A stretch of 64,000 nt of DNA from Stenotrophomonas sp. (GTDB lineage Bacteria > Pseudomonadota > Gammaproteobacteria > Xanthomonadales > Xanthomonadaceae). The stretch covers positions 15,066 to 79,065 of the forward strand of contig QFOV01000006.1 of assembly GCA_003248565.1 (NCBI GenBank). Direction: 5' to 3'. Numbering within the stretch: the stretch's first letter is position 1; every line of letters begins with the position of its first letter. The notes beneath the pieces were generated by a model. It was not told the origin of the DNA. It was given only the letters and a program-made list of their open reading frames with translations, and did not search any database. Position numbers and translations under genes: made by a program. Positions 28,782 to 38,550 of the stretch are shown piece after piece.

Positions 28782-29966
28782 ATGACGGATCAGCATTCAC
28801 GCAGCCAGGACGGCGAGCGCGCCTTGTCGCTTGCCACCTTGGCCATCCACGGCGGGCAGTCGCCTGACCCCAGCACCGGCGCAGTAATGCCGCCGATCTA
28901 CGCGACCTCGACCTATGCCCAGTCCAGCCCGGGCGAGCATCAGGGTTTTGAATACTCGCGCACCCACAACCCGACCCGCTTCGCCTACGAGCGCTGCGTG
29001 GCCTCGCTGGAAGGCGGTACCCGTGGCTTCGCCTTCGCCTCGGGCATGGCAGCCAGCTCCACCGTGATCGAGCTGCTGGATGCCGGCAGCCACGTGGTGG
29101 CGATGGACGACATCTACGGCGGCAGCTTCCGCCTGTTCGAGCGTGTGCGTCGCCGCACCGCCGCACTGGACTTCAGCTTTGTCGACCTGACAGACCCGGC
29201 CGCGTTCGAAGCCGCAATCACGCCCAAGACCAAGATGGTGTGGATCGAAACCCCGACCAACCCGATGTTGAAGATCGTCGACATCGCCGCGGTAGCTGCC
29301 ATCGCCAAGCGACACGGCCTGATCGTGGTGGTGGACAACACCTTCGCCTCGCCGATGCTGCAGCGCCCGCTGGAGCTGGGAGCGGACCTGGTGTTGCATT
29401 CGGCCACCAAGTACCTCAATGGTCACTCCGACATGGTTGGCGGCATGGTGGTGGTCGGCGACAACGCCGAGCTCGCCGAGCAGATGGCCTTCCTGCAGAA
29501 CTCCATCGGTGGCGTACAGGGCCCGTTTGACAGCTTCCTCGCACTGCGCGGCCTGAAGACCTTGCCGCTGCGCATGAAAGCGCATTGCGCCAATGCGATG
29601 GAACTGGCCAAGTGGCTGGAAACCCACCCGGCAGTGGAAAAGGTGATCTACCCGGGCCTGGCCTCGCACCCCCAGCACGAACTGGCAGGCAAGCAGATGG
29701 CCGGTTACGGCGGCATCGTCTCGATCGTGCTCAAGGGCGGCTTCGAGGCGGCCAAGCGTTTCTGCGAACGCACCGAGCTGTTCACCCTGGCCGAGTCGCT
29801 TGGCGGCGTGGAGAGCCTGGTCAACCACCCTGCTGTGATGACCCACGCCTCGATTCCGCTGGCTCGCCGCGAACAGCTGGGTATCAGCGATGCGCTGGTG
29901 CGGCTGAGTGTGGGCGTTGAGGATGTCAGAGACTTGCTGGCTGATGTTGATCTTGCGCTGCGATGA
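28782..29966 (+). CDS. metB: Cystathionine gamma-synthase/lyase
   Basis: YSRTHNPTR, ETPTNP, DNTF, SATKYLNGHSD, AESLGGVES. Confidence 0.9.
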   Translation: MTDQHSRSQDGERALSLATLAIHGGQSPDPSTGAVMPPIYATSTYAQSSPGEHQGFEYSRTHNPTRFAYERCVASLEGGTRGFAFASGMAASSTVIELLDAGSHVVAMDDIYGGSFRLFERVRRRTAALDFSFVDLTDPAAFEAAITPKTKMVWIETPTNPMLKIVDIAAVAAIAKRHGLIVVVDNTFASPMLQRPLELGADLVLHSATKYLNGHSDMVGGMVVVGDNAELAEQMAFLQNSIGGVQGPFDSFLALRGLKTLPLRMKAHCANAMELAKWLETHPAVEKVIYPGLASHPQHELAGKQMAGYGGIVSIVLKGGFEAAKRFCERTELFTLAESLGGVESLVNHPAVMTHASIPLARREQLGISDALVRLSVGVEDVRDLLADVDLALR

Positions 29967-30090
29967 ACCACTTGGTGTTCGCAGAATTAAGCTAGGTTGA
30001 TGGCTGCATCAAAATTGCGAAGCAAACGAGCGGTAGGGGGCGGTTGCTAGGTAAGCGTAAGTTGAATTGAAGTATCAGGAAGATGGATTC

Positions 30091-30915
30091 ATGACAAAAA
30101 AAGCAAGCGGGTCTTTGCTGAGTCTAGGTAAGACCTTGATAGATAATCGAGATCTCGTCACCGGTTTGGCGAGACGTGAAATAGAAAGTCGCTATCGTGG
30201 GGCGACGATGGGTGTTCTATGGGCGCTGCTGAATCCATTGATAATGCTGTCTGTATACACGTTCTTTTTCACCGAAGTGCTTAGGTCGAAATGGCAAGGG
30301 ATCGAGCAGCAGTCCAGTCTCGATTTTTCGCTGGTTTTGTTTCCTGGGTTGCTGGTATTTGCATTCTTCTCCGAATGCGTGGCCAGGGCTCCGACTTTGG
30401 TAACGGGTAATCAGAGCTACGTAAAAAAAATCGTATTCCCTCTACAGATATTGCCAGTTGTCAATCTGATAAGCGCTCTGTTTCATGTATTGATTGGCTT
30501 TGTGATATGGATTTTCTTCTTTCTTGTAATCAAGGGGACGTTGCATCCGACAGTTGCGCTGGTGGTGTTTCCGCTGATTCCGCTGGGCTTTCTCACACTC
30601 GGCTTCTGCTGGGTGCTCGCGGCGCTCGGTACGTATGTTCGGGACATTGCTCATATCGTTACGGGCTTGCTTGCGGCGTTGATTTTCCTCGCACCTATTT
30701 TCTATCCCATAACCGCACTCCCGGAGAAATATCGGGGCGCAATCATGCTTAATCCGATCAGTGTTGCGGTTGAACAAGTTCGTGCATTGCTTTATCACGG
30801 CACGATGATTGATTGGAATCAGTGGCTCATCTACCTTGGCGTATCGTTGCTGGTCGCGTGGTTTGGGCTTTGGGTTTTTCAGCGTGCGCGAGCCGGATTT
30901 GCCGATGTCCTCTGA
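30091..30915 (+). CDS. wzm: O-antigen ABC transporter permease
   Basis: REIESRYRG.TMGVLWALLNP, VKKIVFP, PIFYP, FADVL. Confidence 0.93.
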   Translation: MTKKASGSLLSLGKTLIDNRDLVTGLARREIESRYRGATMGVLWALLNPLIMLSVYTFFFTEVLRSKWQGIEQQSSLDFSLVLFPGLLVFAFFSECVARAPTLVTGNQSYVKKIVFPLQILPVVNLISALFHVLIGFVIWIFFFLVIKGTLHPTVALVVFPLIPLGFLTLGFCWVLAALGTYVRDIAHIVTGLLAALIFLAPIFYPITALPEKYRGAIMLNPISVAVEQVRALLYHGTMIDWNQWLIYLGVSLLVAWFGLWVFQRARAGFADVL

Positions 30916-32392
30916 CAATAATATTGCCATCCGAGTCGAAAACCTCGGAAAGTGCTACCAGATCTACCCCAAGCCGGCGACCCGGTTGAAGCAGGCTGCG
31001 GTAAATCGCGCTTGCGGATTGCTAGGTAAATCCGCGCCAAAATATTTTTCCGAATTCTGGGCTTTGAGGGATATTGGCTTCGAGGTCCCTAAAGGTGAGC
31101 CTTTTGGGGTGATCGGGCGCAACGGGAGTGGGAAGAGTACCCTGCTGCAGTTGATAACCGGAGTGCTTACGCCAACCGAAGGTTCGGTAACGACGCATGG
31201 CCGAATCGCAGCGCTGCTGGAATTGGGGTCGGGCTTCAATCCAGAATTCTCTGGACGCGAAAACATATATTTGAATGGAATGCTGCTTGGCCTGTCGAGG
31301 GCCGAGATTGATCTGCGATTTGATAGCATCGCTGCTTTCGCAGACATCGGTGATCATCTCGAGCGCCCGATCAAGACTTATTCCAGCGGCATGTTGGTGC
31401 GGCTGGCGTTCGCGGTGCAGGTACAGATAGATCCCGATATCCTGATCATTGATGAGGCTCTGGCCGTGGGCGATGCGCTTTTCCAGAAGCGTTGCTTTGC
31501 CAGAATCAATAGGCTGGCGGACGACGGGGTTACCATACTTTTTGTTTCGCACGATCAGGAGACAGTCCGAACGGTTACTCGTCGGTCGCTGTTGCTGCAT
31601 GAAGGCAAAGCGGTAGCCATGGGATCATCATCAGAGACGCTATTGGCTTACAGGCGCCTGATCAACAAGGAAGAATCCAAGTATTTTGCTTCCTTGGCTG
31701 AGCGGAAGATCGTGGTGGAGGGAGTTTCTCCCTCCGCCGATGATGTCAGCGCCGTCACGCCTGTAGTCGATGAGCGGGAGGTCGAGCAAGAAGACGTTGT
31801 GGCGTCAACCCATGGAAACGAGGATGTCATCGCCGATGAAGTAGGCAGTGCTGTTGCCGTGCAGCCGGGTGCAGATGCCGCTGGGGCTGGCGTCGAGTTC
31901 GATGATACGTCGTTCGGTGTGGGCCACGCGGTCGTGCAGAAGGTTTCTACCATCGATGAAACCGGCGAGCCGTGCGCAGTGTTCTATCCTGGCGAAAAGG
32001 TGAAAATCAAGATCGAATTCAAGCTGTTGGCCGATCTGTGCAACCTCAATGTTTCCTTGCGGATACGCAACAGGGAGGGGCTCAAGGTATATTCGTGGGG
32101 TACCCTTAACCAGGATATGCAGGTTGCTGCCGGCTTGCAGCAGATGCCGGTGTTTTGGCAGCGCAGTTTCCGAAACGGAGAGGAAGGCTCCGTCGAATTT
32201 GATTTTGTCTGCCCATTGGGGCCTGGCTTCTATGAGATCCAGGCTGCGGTTTCGCATGAAGGCCAGCCAGACTACTCCGAGCAAACATTGCTGCATTGGA
32301 AGGATGAGGCGGCTTTCTTTCAGGTGTTCATGGATCAGAAAACCTACCATTTTGGCGGGAGTTTCGATCTAAGGATGAGTGCTTCATGGTGA
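30905..32392 (+). CDS. wzt: O-antigen ABC transporter ATPase with C-terminal Wzt-C domain
   Basis: GRNGSGKST, YSSGM, DEALAVGD, VSHD; Ig-like C-terminal extension. Confidence 0.93.
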   Translation: MSSDNNIAIRVENLGKCYQIYPKPATRLKQAAVNRACGLLGKSAPKYFSEFWALRDIGFEVPKGEPFGVIGRNGSGKSTLLQLITGVLTPTEGSVTTHGRIAALLELGSGFNPEFSGRENIYLNGMLLGLSRAEIDLRFDSIAAFADIGDHLERPIKTYSSGMLVRLAFAVQVQIDPDILIIDEALAVGDALFQKRCFARINRLADDGVTILFVSHDQETVRTVTRRSLLLHEGKAVAMGSSSETLLAYRRLINKEESKYFASLAERKIVVEGVSPSADDVSAVTPVVDEREVEQEDVVASTHGNEDVIADEVGSAVAVQPGADAAGAGVEFDDTSFGVGHAVVQKVSTIDETGEPCAVFYPGEKVKIKIEFKLLADLCNLNVSLRIRNREGLKVYSWGTLNQDMQVAAGLQQMPVFWQRSFRNGEEGSVEFDFVCPLGPGFYEIQAAVSHEGQPDYSEQTLLHWKDEAAFFQVFMDQKTYHFGGSFDLRMSASW

Positions 32393-34863
32393 ACAGCCAA
32401 CGCTTTGATGTTGATGATTTCGCCAAGAGCATCCGGGATGCTCTTGGGTTTGGTCGTTATCTGTGTCTTGGTAAGGAAGCAGACAAAATCTGCTCAAGTC
32501 TGCGCAGCAACTTGGTTGATGCGCAAACCGAGGAGGGCGCGCTTGCGCATCCGCATGCAGTGGTATTGGATCTGCGGAGTAATGCTGACGATCTATTGGC
32601 CCGGCTGCCTGAGATATTTGCCTGGCAGACACGTTATGTCGTTGTTGTGCACGACATTGTCAATGAGGCCGAATTTGCTTTGCGGGAACGGGACTCGCTT
32701 GAAAAGCAGGTAATCTCCGCAGGTTTTAGAAAGGCCAGCGCGTATTACGATATCAACCCTTATGCGTCGCTGAACGTAGCGAGTGGCTGCTTCATCGCTC
32801 CGTTCGAACGGGTGCCTGATTCCGCGCTCGCCAAGTACAACTTGGAAATTCTGGAAGAAGAGCGCCTGCTGCATACCGACATGCTGCGCGAGACCGGACG
32901 CCGAAGTGATGCTCACTGCGTACGTTATCGTTATGCGGCGGAGCATATACGGCCTGGTGATCGGGTACTTGATGTGGCGTGTGGCTTGGGCTACGGCTCG
33001 CGCATGTTGTTTGAATCGTCGCTTGCGGCATCGGTGCACGGCATTGATCTGAGCGATTTTGGCGTGGCATACGCTGTTTCACATTACGGCATGGATGGAT
33101 GTGTTCGATATACCGTTGGCGATGCTGAGAACCTCAGCACAATTGCCGATGCCAGTATCGATTTTATCGCGGCCTTCGAGACAATCGAGCATGTGCCAAA
33201 TCCCGAGATTTACCTGCAGGAATTGAAGCGTGTCCTCGCCCCTGGTGGTCGCGTGATGCTGTGTGCGCCCAATGACTGGACCGATGAAACTGGCAAGGAT
33301 CCAAATCCATTCCACCTTCACGTTTACACATGGGATAAGTTGAAGGCCGAGGTCAGTTCGTACTTCCTGTTGGAGAAGGCTTTCATACAGGTAGCGGGTG
33401 GTGCGATGAAGTGCCATTTTTCGCCGCGTTCATGGTTGGAAGTTGATCCTGTCGAGCCCAGTTACGCTGAAGCGGAGTGGATTGTATTTTTGGGGATGAA
33501 AGATCCTACGGAGCCAGGTGAAGCGGTTTTCAAGGAAACTGCCTGGCGGATTCCTACCTCATCGCGTTTCAATGTCTCTGCGTTCGCCCGTGATTACGCC
33601 AATCCTTGGCTTGTCAAAGCCATGGTGGCGATAGGGCAGCGCTGTACCAATGCAGCGATACTTGACAGTTTTAGAAGGAAAGTCACTGCTGTTGCGCCAG
33701 CGCGTTCCGTGGATGCTGGAGCTGCACTTTGCGGTCAGATATACAGCTTTACGGAGCAGGCTGGCTATGCCGACCTGGATTCGCTCAGTAAGGCGGTCGT
33801 CGACTATCTCAGTATCAAGGGGCCGAATCCGCACCAACGTCGTTGGCAGGTATCGATCGCGTACGCTTATGGGTTTGCGAAATTCCTTGAAGGGGATGTC
33901 GATGGTGCCGAACACTACCTGCGTATCTGCTGCGAGATAGATCCGTTGCCTTATAGCCCGATACTTGGAAACAAGACCCTTGATGCGCTGTTTGTCAGGG
34001 CTGTGATATGCGTCGGGCGCGAAGACCTGCAAGGGGCGCGAACCTTGCTGCACAGATCTGTTGAACTGGTACGCCGTTGGTCAGCGGGCGGGGTGAGGAA
34101 CTCGTGGCTGGGATCCTGGATGAACGTAGTGGGCCTTAGTAGCGCACCTTTGCCTTTTGGTCTCGCGGAAATGGCATTGCTTTTTGACAAAAGTGCCCGT
34201 TCAGCCTACATGCTATCAATCATTGATTCTGCCAAGCAGCGCCCGGGAGCTTTTGCACGGGAAGCGCGTGGTTTCCTCGAGCGACAGGTGGATCACCTGA
34301 GGCGTGAACTGCGCGGCTCCGTAATTGCCAATGAACAGAAAACTTCCGAGGCGATTGGACTTATTGGCGATATGGAGCGCCTGCGGCAGCATTCTGATTC
34401 CCTTGGTGAAGAGCTGGTCGTGAGGAATCAGCGATCTGAAGAGCTTGCTGTGGAGGTGCTGCGGCAAGCAGATAGGTCGCAAGAGTTGGCGGATCAGGTG
34501 GTAGCGCTTGATAAGCATGCGCAGGAGATTGCGCAGGAATCGCAGTTTCAGTTGCGATCGCGTGACTCAATCATTGCCGATGTTACGTCACGTAATGCGG
34601 AGTTGGTGGATAAACTCGCTGTGCAGGCGACCAAGAGCGAGGAAAGGTTGCAGACCGTGGTCGCAGATCTGCGATGCGAGATTGAATCGCGTGACGAAAT
34701 CATCGCGAAGTTGTCCGTGGTGGAGGAGCATTCACAGCGGCTGGCGGGGCAGATCCGGGAGCTTGATGAGCACGCCCAGCGGAACGCGCTTGAACTGGCT
34801 GCTGAAATTGAGTCGCGTGATCGCATCATTGCGGAACTCCTGGCCAAGTTGCAAGGTGGCTAG
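32386..34863 (+). CDS. Class I SAM methyltransferase with C-terminal coiled coil (putative O-antigen capping/chain-length protein)
   Basis: RVLDVACGLGYG, FETIEHV, LAPGG, NPFH; heptad-rich C-terminus; immediately after wzt. Confidence 0.75.
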   Translation: MVNSQRFDVDDFAKSIRDALGFGRYLCLGKEADKICSSLRSNLVDAQTEEGALAHPHAVVLDLRSNADDLLARLPEIFAWQTRYVVVVHDIVNEAEFALRERDSLEKQVISAGFRKASAYYDINPYASLNVASGCFIAPFERVPDSALAKYNLEILEEERLLHTDMLRETGRRSDAHCVRYRYAAEHIRPGDRVLDVACGLGYGSRMLFESSLAASVHGIDLSDFGVAYAVSHYGMDGCVRYTVGDAENLSTIADASIDFIAAFETIEHVPNPEIYLQELKRVLAPGGRVMLCAPNDWTDETGKDPNPFHLHVYTWDKLKAEVSSYFLLEKAFIQVAGGAMKCHFSPRSWLEVDPVEPSYAEAEWIVFLGMKDPTEPGEAVFKETAWRIPTSSRFNVSAFARDYANPWLVKAMVAIGQRCTNAAILDSFRRKVTAVAPARSVDAGAALCGQIYSFTEQAGYADLDSLSKAVVDYLSIKGPNPHQRRWQVSIAYAYGFAKFLEGDVDGAEHYLRICCEIDPLPYSPILGNKTLDALFVRAVICVGREDLQGARTLLHRSVELVRRWSAGGVRNSWLGSWMNVVGLSSAPLPFGLAEMALLFDKSARSAYMLSIIDSAKQRPGAFAREARGFLERQVDHLRRELRGSVIANEQKTSEAIGLIGDMERLRQHSDSLGEELVVRNQRSEELAVEVLRQADRSQELADQVVALDKHAQEIAQESQFQLRSRDSIIADVTSRNAELVDKLAVQATKSEERLQTVVADLRCEIESRDEIIAKLSVVEEHSQRLAGQIRELDEHAQRNALELAAEIESRDRIIAELLAKLQGG

Positions 34864-34942
34864 GTATGAGCGTCGGTAGTGTTATTCGAGCTGATTTTAA
34901 GTGTTGCATTGTTTATGCTGAGATGGAACTACAGGGGGTAAA

Positions 34943-37900
34943 GTGATAGGAATCGTGATGGTGACTTACAACGCCGCTGATGCAGCGATTGTAACGTTAC
35001 GCAGCTTGGTCAAGGCCAAAAACAGCAGCGATTACAAACTTGTGATCGTGGATAATGCATCGACTCCGGTGGAGCGCGATAGGATTCGCAAGCATGTCGA
35101 GTCCTGTGACGCCTTCGAGCAGGGGCAATGGCGGTTCATCCAGAGTGAGCGAAACCTCGGCTTCAGTGGCGGCAATAACGTTGGCATCAAGGCACTGTTG
35201 GAAGATGCCAGCGTTAGTCAATTTTGTCTGCTGAACAGCGACGTCATAGTTACTGACGGATGGATTGATCGTCAGTTGGCGCACGATTTCGATGCGATCA
35301 GCGCGGTCACCAATCGCGCGGATAGCGAGCAGTGTGTTCCGGATCTGCAGCGTTTGGAGCTGAGCGAAGTCGCTGCCTCTGATGGCGCCTTTGAGCGTGC
35401 CTACCAGCTGGTAAAAGAGCAGGCAGAGCAGAGGTTCGTTGAGTTCAACGGCAGTCTGCAGGAATGCGATGTAACTTTTTTCTGTGTATTCATCAAGCGG
35501 GCGGTGCTTGAGGATGTGGGTCTGCTCGACGAGACCTTCTTCCCGGGTGGTTTTGAAGACGACGACTATTGTCTACGCCTGCGTGCGAAGGGATACAGCA
35601 TAGGTTTGGCGCGCGACGTCTACATTCATCATTTTGGATCGGCTTCTTTCGGGAAGCTTGACTACAGCTATTTTGCCGGCCGCGCGAAGGAGAACCTTCG
35701 CTATCTCCAGGCCAAACATGGAATTGTCTGGAAGCGCCGTCCCGAAAAATTGTTGGTCTCGTTCCTGGCGGATCTCCGCCACGCCTATCAAGGCTCGAGC
35801 GGACGTATCAGTAAACAGCAGACGCAGTTGTTGGATCTGCACCTGCTGACACTCGATGGCATAGTTAGACACCATGCCATCGAATTCAGGAATCTGAGGG
35901 GCGAGTTTCAGCATTCCGGTAAGCGATCACGCCGAGTCTCGCAGGCTATCGAGCGCGCCGAGGCGTCTCCTTCCTTCGCTGAGGGGTGGGCGGCTTTTCA
36001 TTCTGAAGTGAGCGAATTGCTTTCAGGTAAGGAGGCCGGAGTTGGGCAGATCGAATTGCTGCTTGACAGCGGGGCGCTGTTGGCTGACCAAGTGTGGAAC
36101 GCGGTAGATGCCAACTTCAGTATCAATTCGTTGTTGCGCGGCAGCTCTACCGGCGCTGTTCAGGCGGCGCACAGTGCTACAGAGTGGGTACAGGAGGAGT
36201 GGTCCAAACGTTCTGGTTTGCGTAAAGCGATATGGGGTGCTGCCAAGGGAATCCAGTCGCTGCTTCGTTTCCGCGGGACAGTCTTTTTTGGCGGATACTT
36301 CTATCCGGAGCGCGAGAAGGATGGTTATTTCCAGCGAATTCAGATGGTCGATCGTTTGGTGTCCGATGGCTGGCGCCTCTACGTAGAGACGGCAGATCTT
36401 GTTGGGCGAACGTCGGTTATCGATCGGCCGCAGCCGAAGGTGATTGTCATTCGCTTGATCGGCGGGCGCGCGAAGAAGGCTGTGCTTTGGGCAGCGGTTA
36501 TCGCCTTTGTTCTTCGTTCTCGCAAAATATATTTCCACAGTGTGCTGAGAATGCCCGATCTTGGCTTTGCCAAGTTGATGCGCTTGCCGTTTGTGAAGTC
36601 AGTGGTGGACATCCACGGGGTGGTGCCGGAAGAGTTCCGGATGCATGATGATTACTATAATGCAGTCAAGTACGAGCGTCTTGAGGAGTATGCGTTTGCT
36701 CATGCTGGGCGAGTCGTAGTTGTGTCGGGTGTCATGCAGGAGTATCTGAAAAACAAATATCGTGACCTGCGGGCGCCGGTCTTCGTAAAGTTCCCGATGT
36801 TCCCGAGTTTTGTCCCTTATCTCGGGCGTAAGGACAACCCCAAGCCTGTTGCCGTGTATGCCGGCGGCTTGCATAAATGGCAGCAGCCCGAGAAGACCCT
36901 GCGTAGCATGATTGCGAGCGCGGATGCATGCACCAGCTATTTTCTTTCTCCGGATCCTGAGGGTGCCGCGGAGATCGCATCTGAAATCGATCCGGATCAT
37001 CGGGTTGTCTTTGATTCCATGAGTCACGAATCATTGATGAAGTTCTATCGACGATGTGACTTCGGCTATATCCTGCGCGAAGATTCAGTTGTCAACAATG
37101 TCGCCTGTCCAACCAAGATCGTGGAGTATCTGGCCAACGGAATCGTGCCGATCATCGACTCGGATCAGATCGGTGACTTCTCAGCGATGGGTATGCGCTC
37201 GGTAAGTGTGGAGGATTTCAAAGCAGGAATTCTTCCCGATGGTGACCAAATCGCGAAAATGGCTCAGTTCAATTTCGGCGTGTATCAGCGGATAAAGGCA
37301 TTGCGCGACCGTGGTGCGGGCGAGTTGTCGAGCTACCTGCTGGATATGGATCATGCCAATCCCTCGCTAGCGGATTCGGTGGACGGTGATACCGACGTTC
37401 TTGTGCAGGTTGGAAACTTTGAGGCGGGGGGACTCGAGAACGTCGTGCTGGAGCTCAATGAGTTCCTCCGAAGCTGTGGAATGAGGCTCACCTTGTTGGT
37501 GCTGGGGACACAAGGTCCTGCCGCTAAGCGAGCGCGTGAGTTGGGTCAGCGTTTGATCGGGATCGACTATTCGGCCGCGGCTTATCGAGAAGTTCTTCAG
37601 AAGCTGAAACCAAAGGTTGTCATTTCCCACTACTCAATCGAGGGCAGCGAGATATGTCAGGAACAGGACGTTCCGCTTATTCAGGTTATCCACAATATAT
37701 ACATGTGGCTCGCTGGTGAGGAGTTGACCAAGTTCAAGGAGGCTGCGGCGCGAACGCACAAGTTTGTGGCTGTCTCCGATGCGGTCAAGAATTACTCGGT
37801 GCAGCGTCTTGGCGTCGATGCGGATTTGTGCGAAGTTATCAATAACGGTATTGATGTTTCGCGTTTCGTCGAGTTTGACAGGCTTTCAGCGAGGAACAGG

Positions 37901-38518
37901 CTGCGTCATAAATACGGGATAGGGGTCCATGATTTCATTTTCCTGGACATGGCAGCAATCAACCATCAGAAAAACCATGCGGATGTTGTACGTGCTTTCA
38001 GCCACGCCGTACATGGTTGCGACAATGCCAAGTTGGTTGTTGTAGGACCTGCTTACGAGCCTGGCCTGCAGGCTGAGATTCTTGCGATCATCAAGAGTGC
38101 TGGGCTCGAGTCGCGCGTACTTGTTATCGAGCCAACCAGCACGCCATGGGAGTTCTACGCGATGGCCGATGCCGTCGTCAGTGGTACCTTCTTCGAGGGT
38201 GGTCCGCTGACCTTGCTCGAAGCATTGGCAAGTGACCTGCCGGTGATATACCCCAGGGTTGGTGTTGCTAGTGTTTTCGATGGCCTCCCCGGGGTCCACC
38301 TCATCGAGTCTGCTGTAAACATGTTGGAGTATGATGGCGCTATAGATGGGCTCACGTCACGGGTCGGTTTTGTCCCTGATCTCACCGATATGATGATCAA
38401 GGTGTGGTGCAATCCGATACGGCCAGCGTTCGATCGTGAGCGGTTGGCATCGCTTGAGAAGGACTTCTCCTATATCAAGTACGCGCGATTGTTGTCGGAA
38501 ATCAAAGAACGTACGTAA
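34943..38518 (+). CDS. Multidomain glycosyltransferase (GT2 plus two GT-B/GT4-like modules)
   Basis: NLGFSGGNN, LNSD, FEDDDYC (GT2); ACPTKIVEYLANG; GGLENVV, EGGPLTLLEALA (GT4). Confidence 0.85.
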   Translation: MIGIVMVTYNAADAAIVTLRSLVKAKNSSDYKLVIVDNASTPVERDRIRKHVESCDAFEQGQWRFIQSERNLGFSGGNNVGIKALLEDASVSQFCLLNSDVIVTDGWIDRQLAHDFDAISAVTNRADSEQCVPDLQRLELSEVAASDGAFERAYQLVKEQAEQRFVEFNGSLQECDVTFFCVFIKRAVLEDVGLLDETFFPGGFEDDDYCLRLRAKGYSIGLARDVYIHHFGSASFGKLDYSYFAGRAKENLRYLQAKHGIVWKRRPEKLLVSFLADLRHAYQGSSGRISKQQTQLLDLHLLTLDGIVRHHAIEFRNLRGEFQHSGKRSRRVSQAIERAEASPSFAEGWAAFHSEVSELLSGKEAGVGQIELLLDSGALLADQVWNAVDANFSINSLLRGSSTGAVQAAHSATEWVQEEWSKRSGLRKAIWGAAKGIQSLLRFRGTVFFGGYFYPEREKDGYFQRIQMVDRLVSDGWRLYVETADLVGRTSVIDRPQPKVIVIRLIGGRAKKAVLWAAVIAFVLRSRKIYFHSVLRMPDLGFAKLMRLPFVKSVVDIHGVVPEEFRMHDDYYNAVKYERLEEYAFAHAGRVVVVSGVMQEYLKNKYRDLRAPVFVKFPMFPSFVPYLGRKDNPKPVAVYAGGLHKWQQPEKTLRSMIASADACTSYFLSPDPEGAAEIASEIDPDHRVVFDSMSHESLMKFYRRCDFGYILREDSVVNNVACPTKIVEYLANGIVPIIDSDQIGDFSAMGMRSVSVEDFKAGILPDGDQIAKMAQFNFGVYQRIKALRDRGAGELSSYLLDMDHANPSLADSVDGDTDVLVQVGNFEAGGLENVVLELNEFLRSCGMRLTLLVLGTQGPAAKRARELGQRLIGIDYSAAAYREVLQKLKPKVVISHYSIEGSEICQEQDVPLIQVIHNIYMWLAGEELTKFKEAAARTHKFVAVSDAVKNYSVQRLGVDADLCEVINNGIDVSRFVEFDRLSARNRLRHKYGIGVHDFIFLDMAAINHQKNHADVVRAFSHAVHGCDNAKLVVVGPAYEPGLQAEILAIIKSAGLESRVLVIEPTSTPWEFYAMADAVVSGTFFEGGPLTLLEALASDLPVIYPRVGVASVFDGLPGVHLIESAVNMLEYDGAIDGLTSRVGFVPDLTDMMIKVWCNPIRPAFDRERLASLEKDFSYIKYARLLSEIKERT

Positions 38519-38550
38519 CTTTTCAAACAACCAACGATTGGTATCAATAC

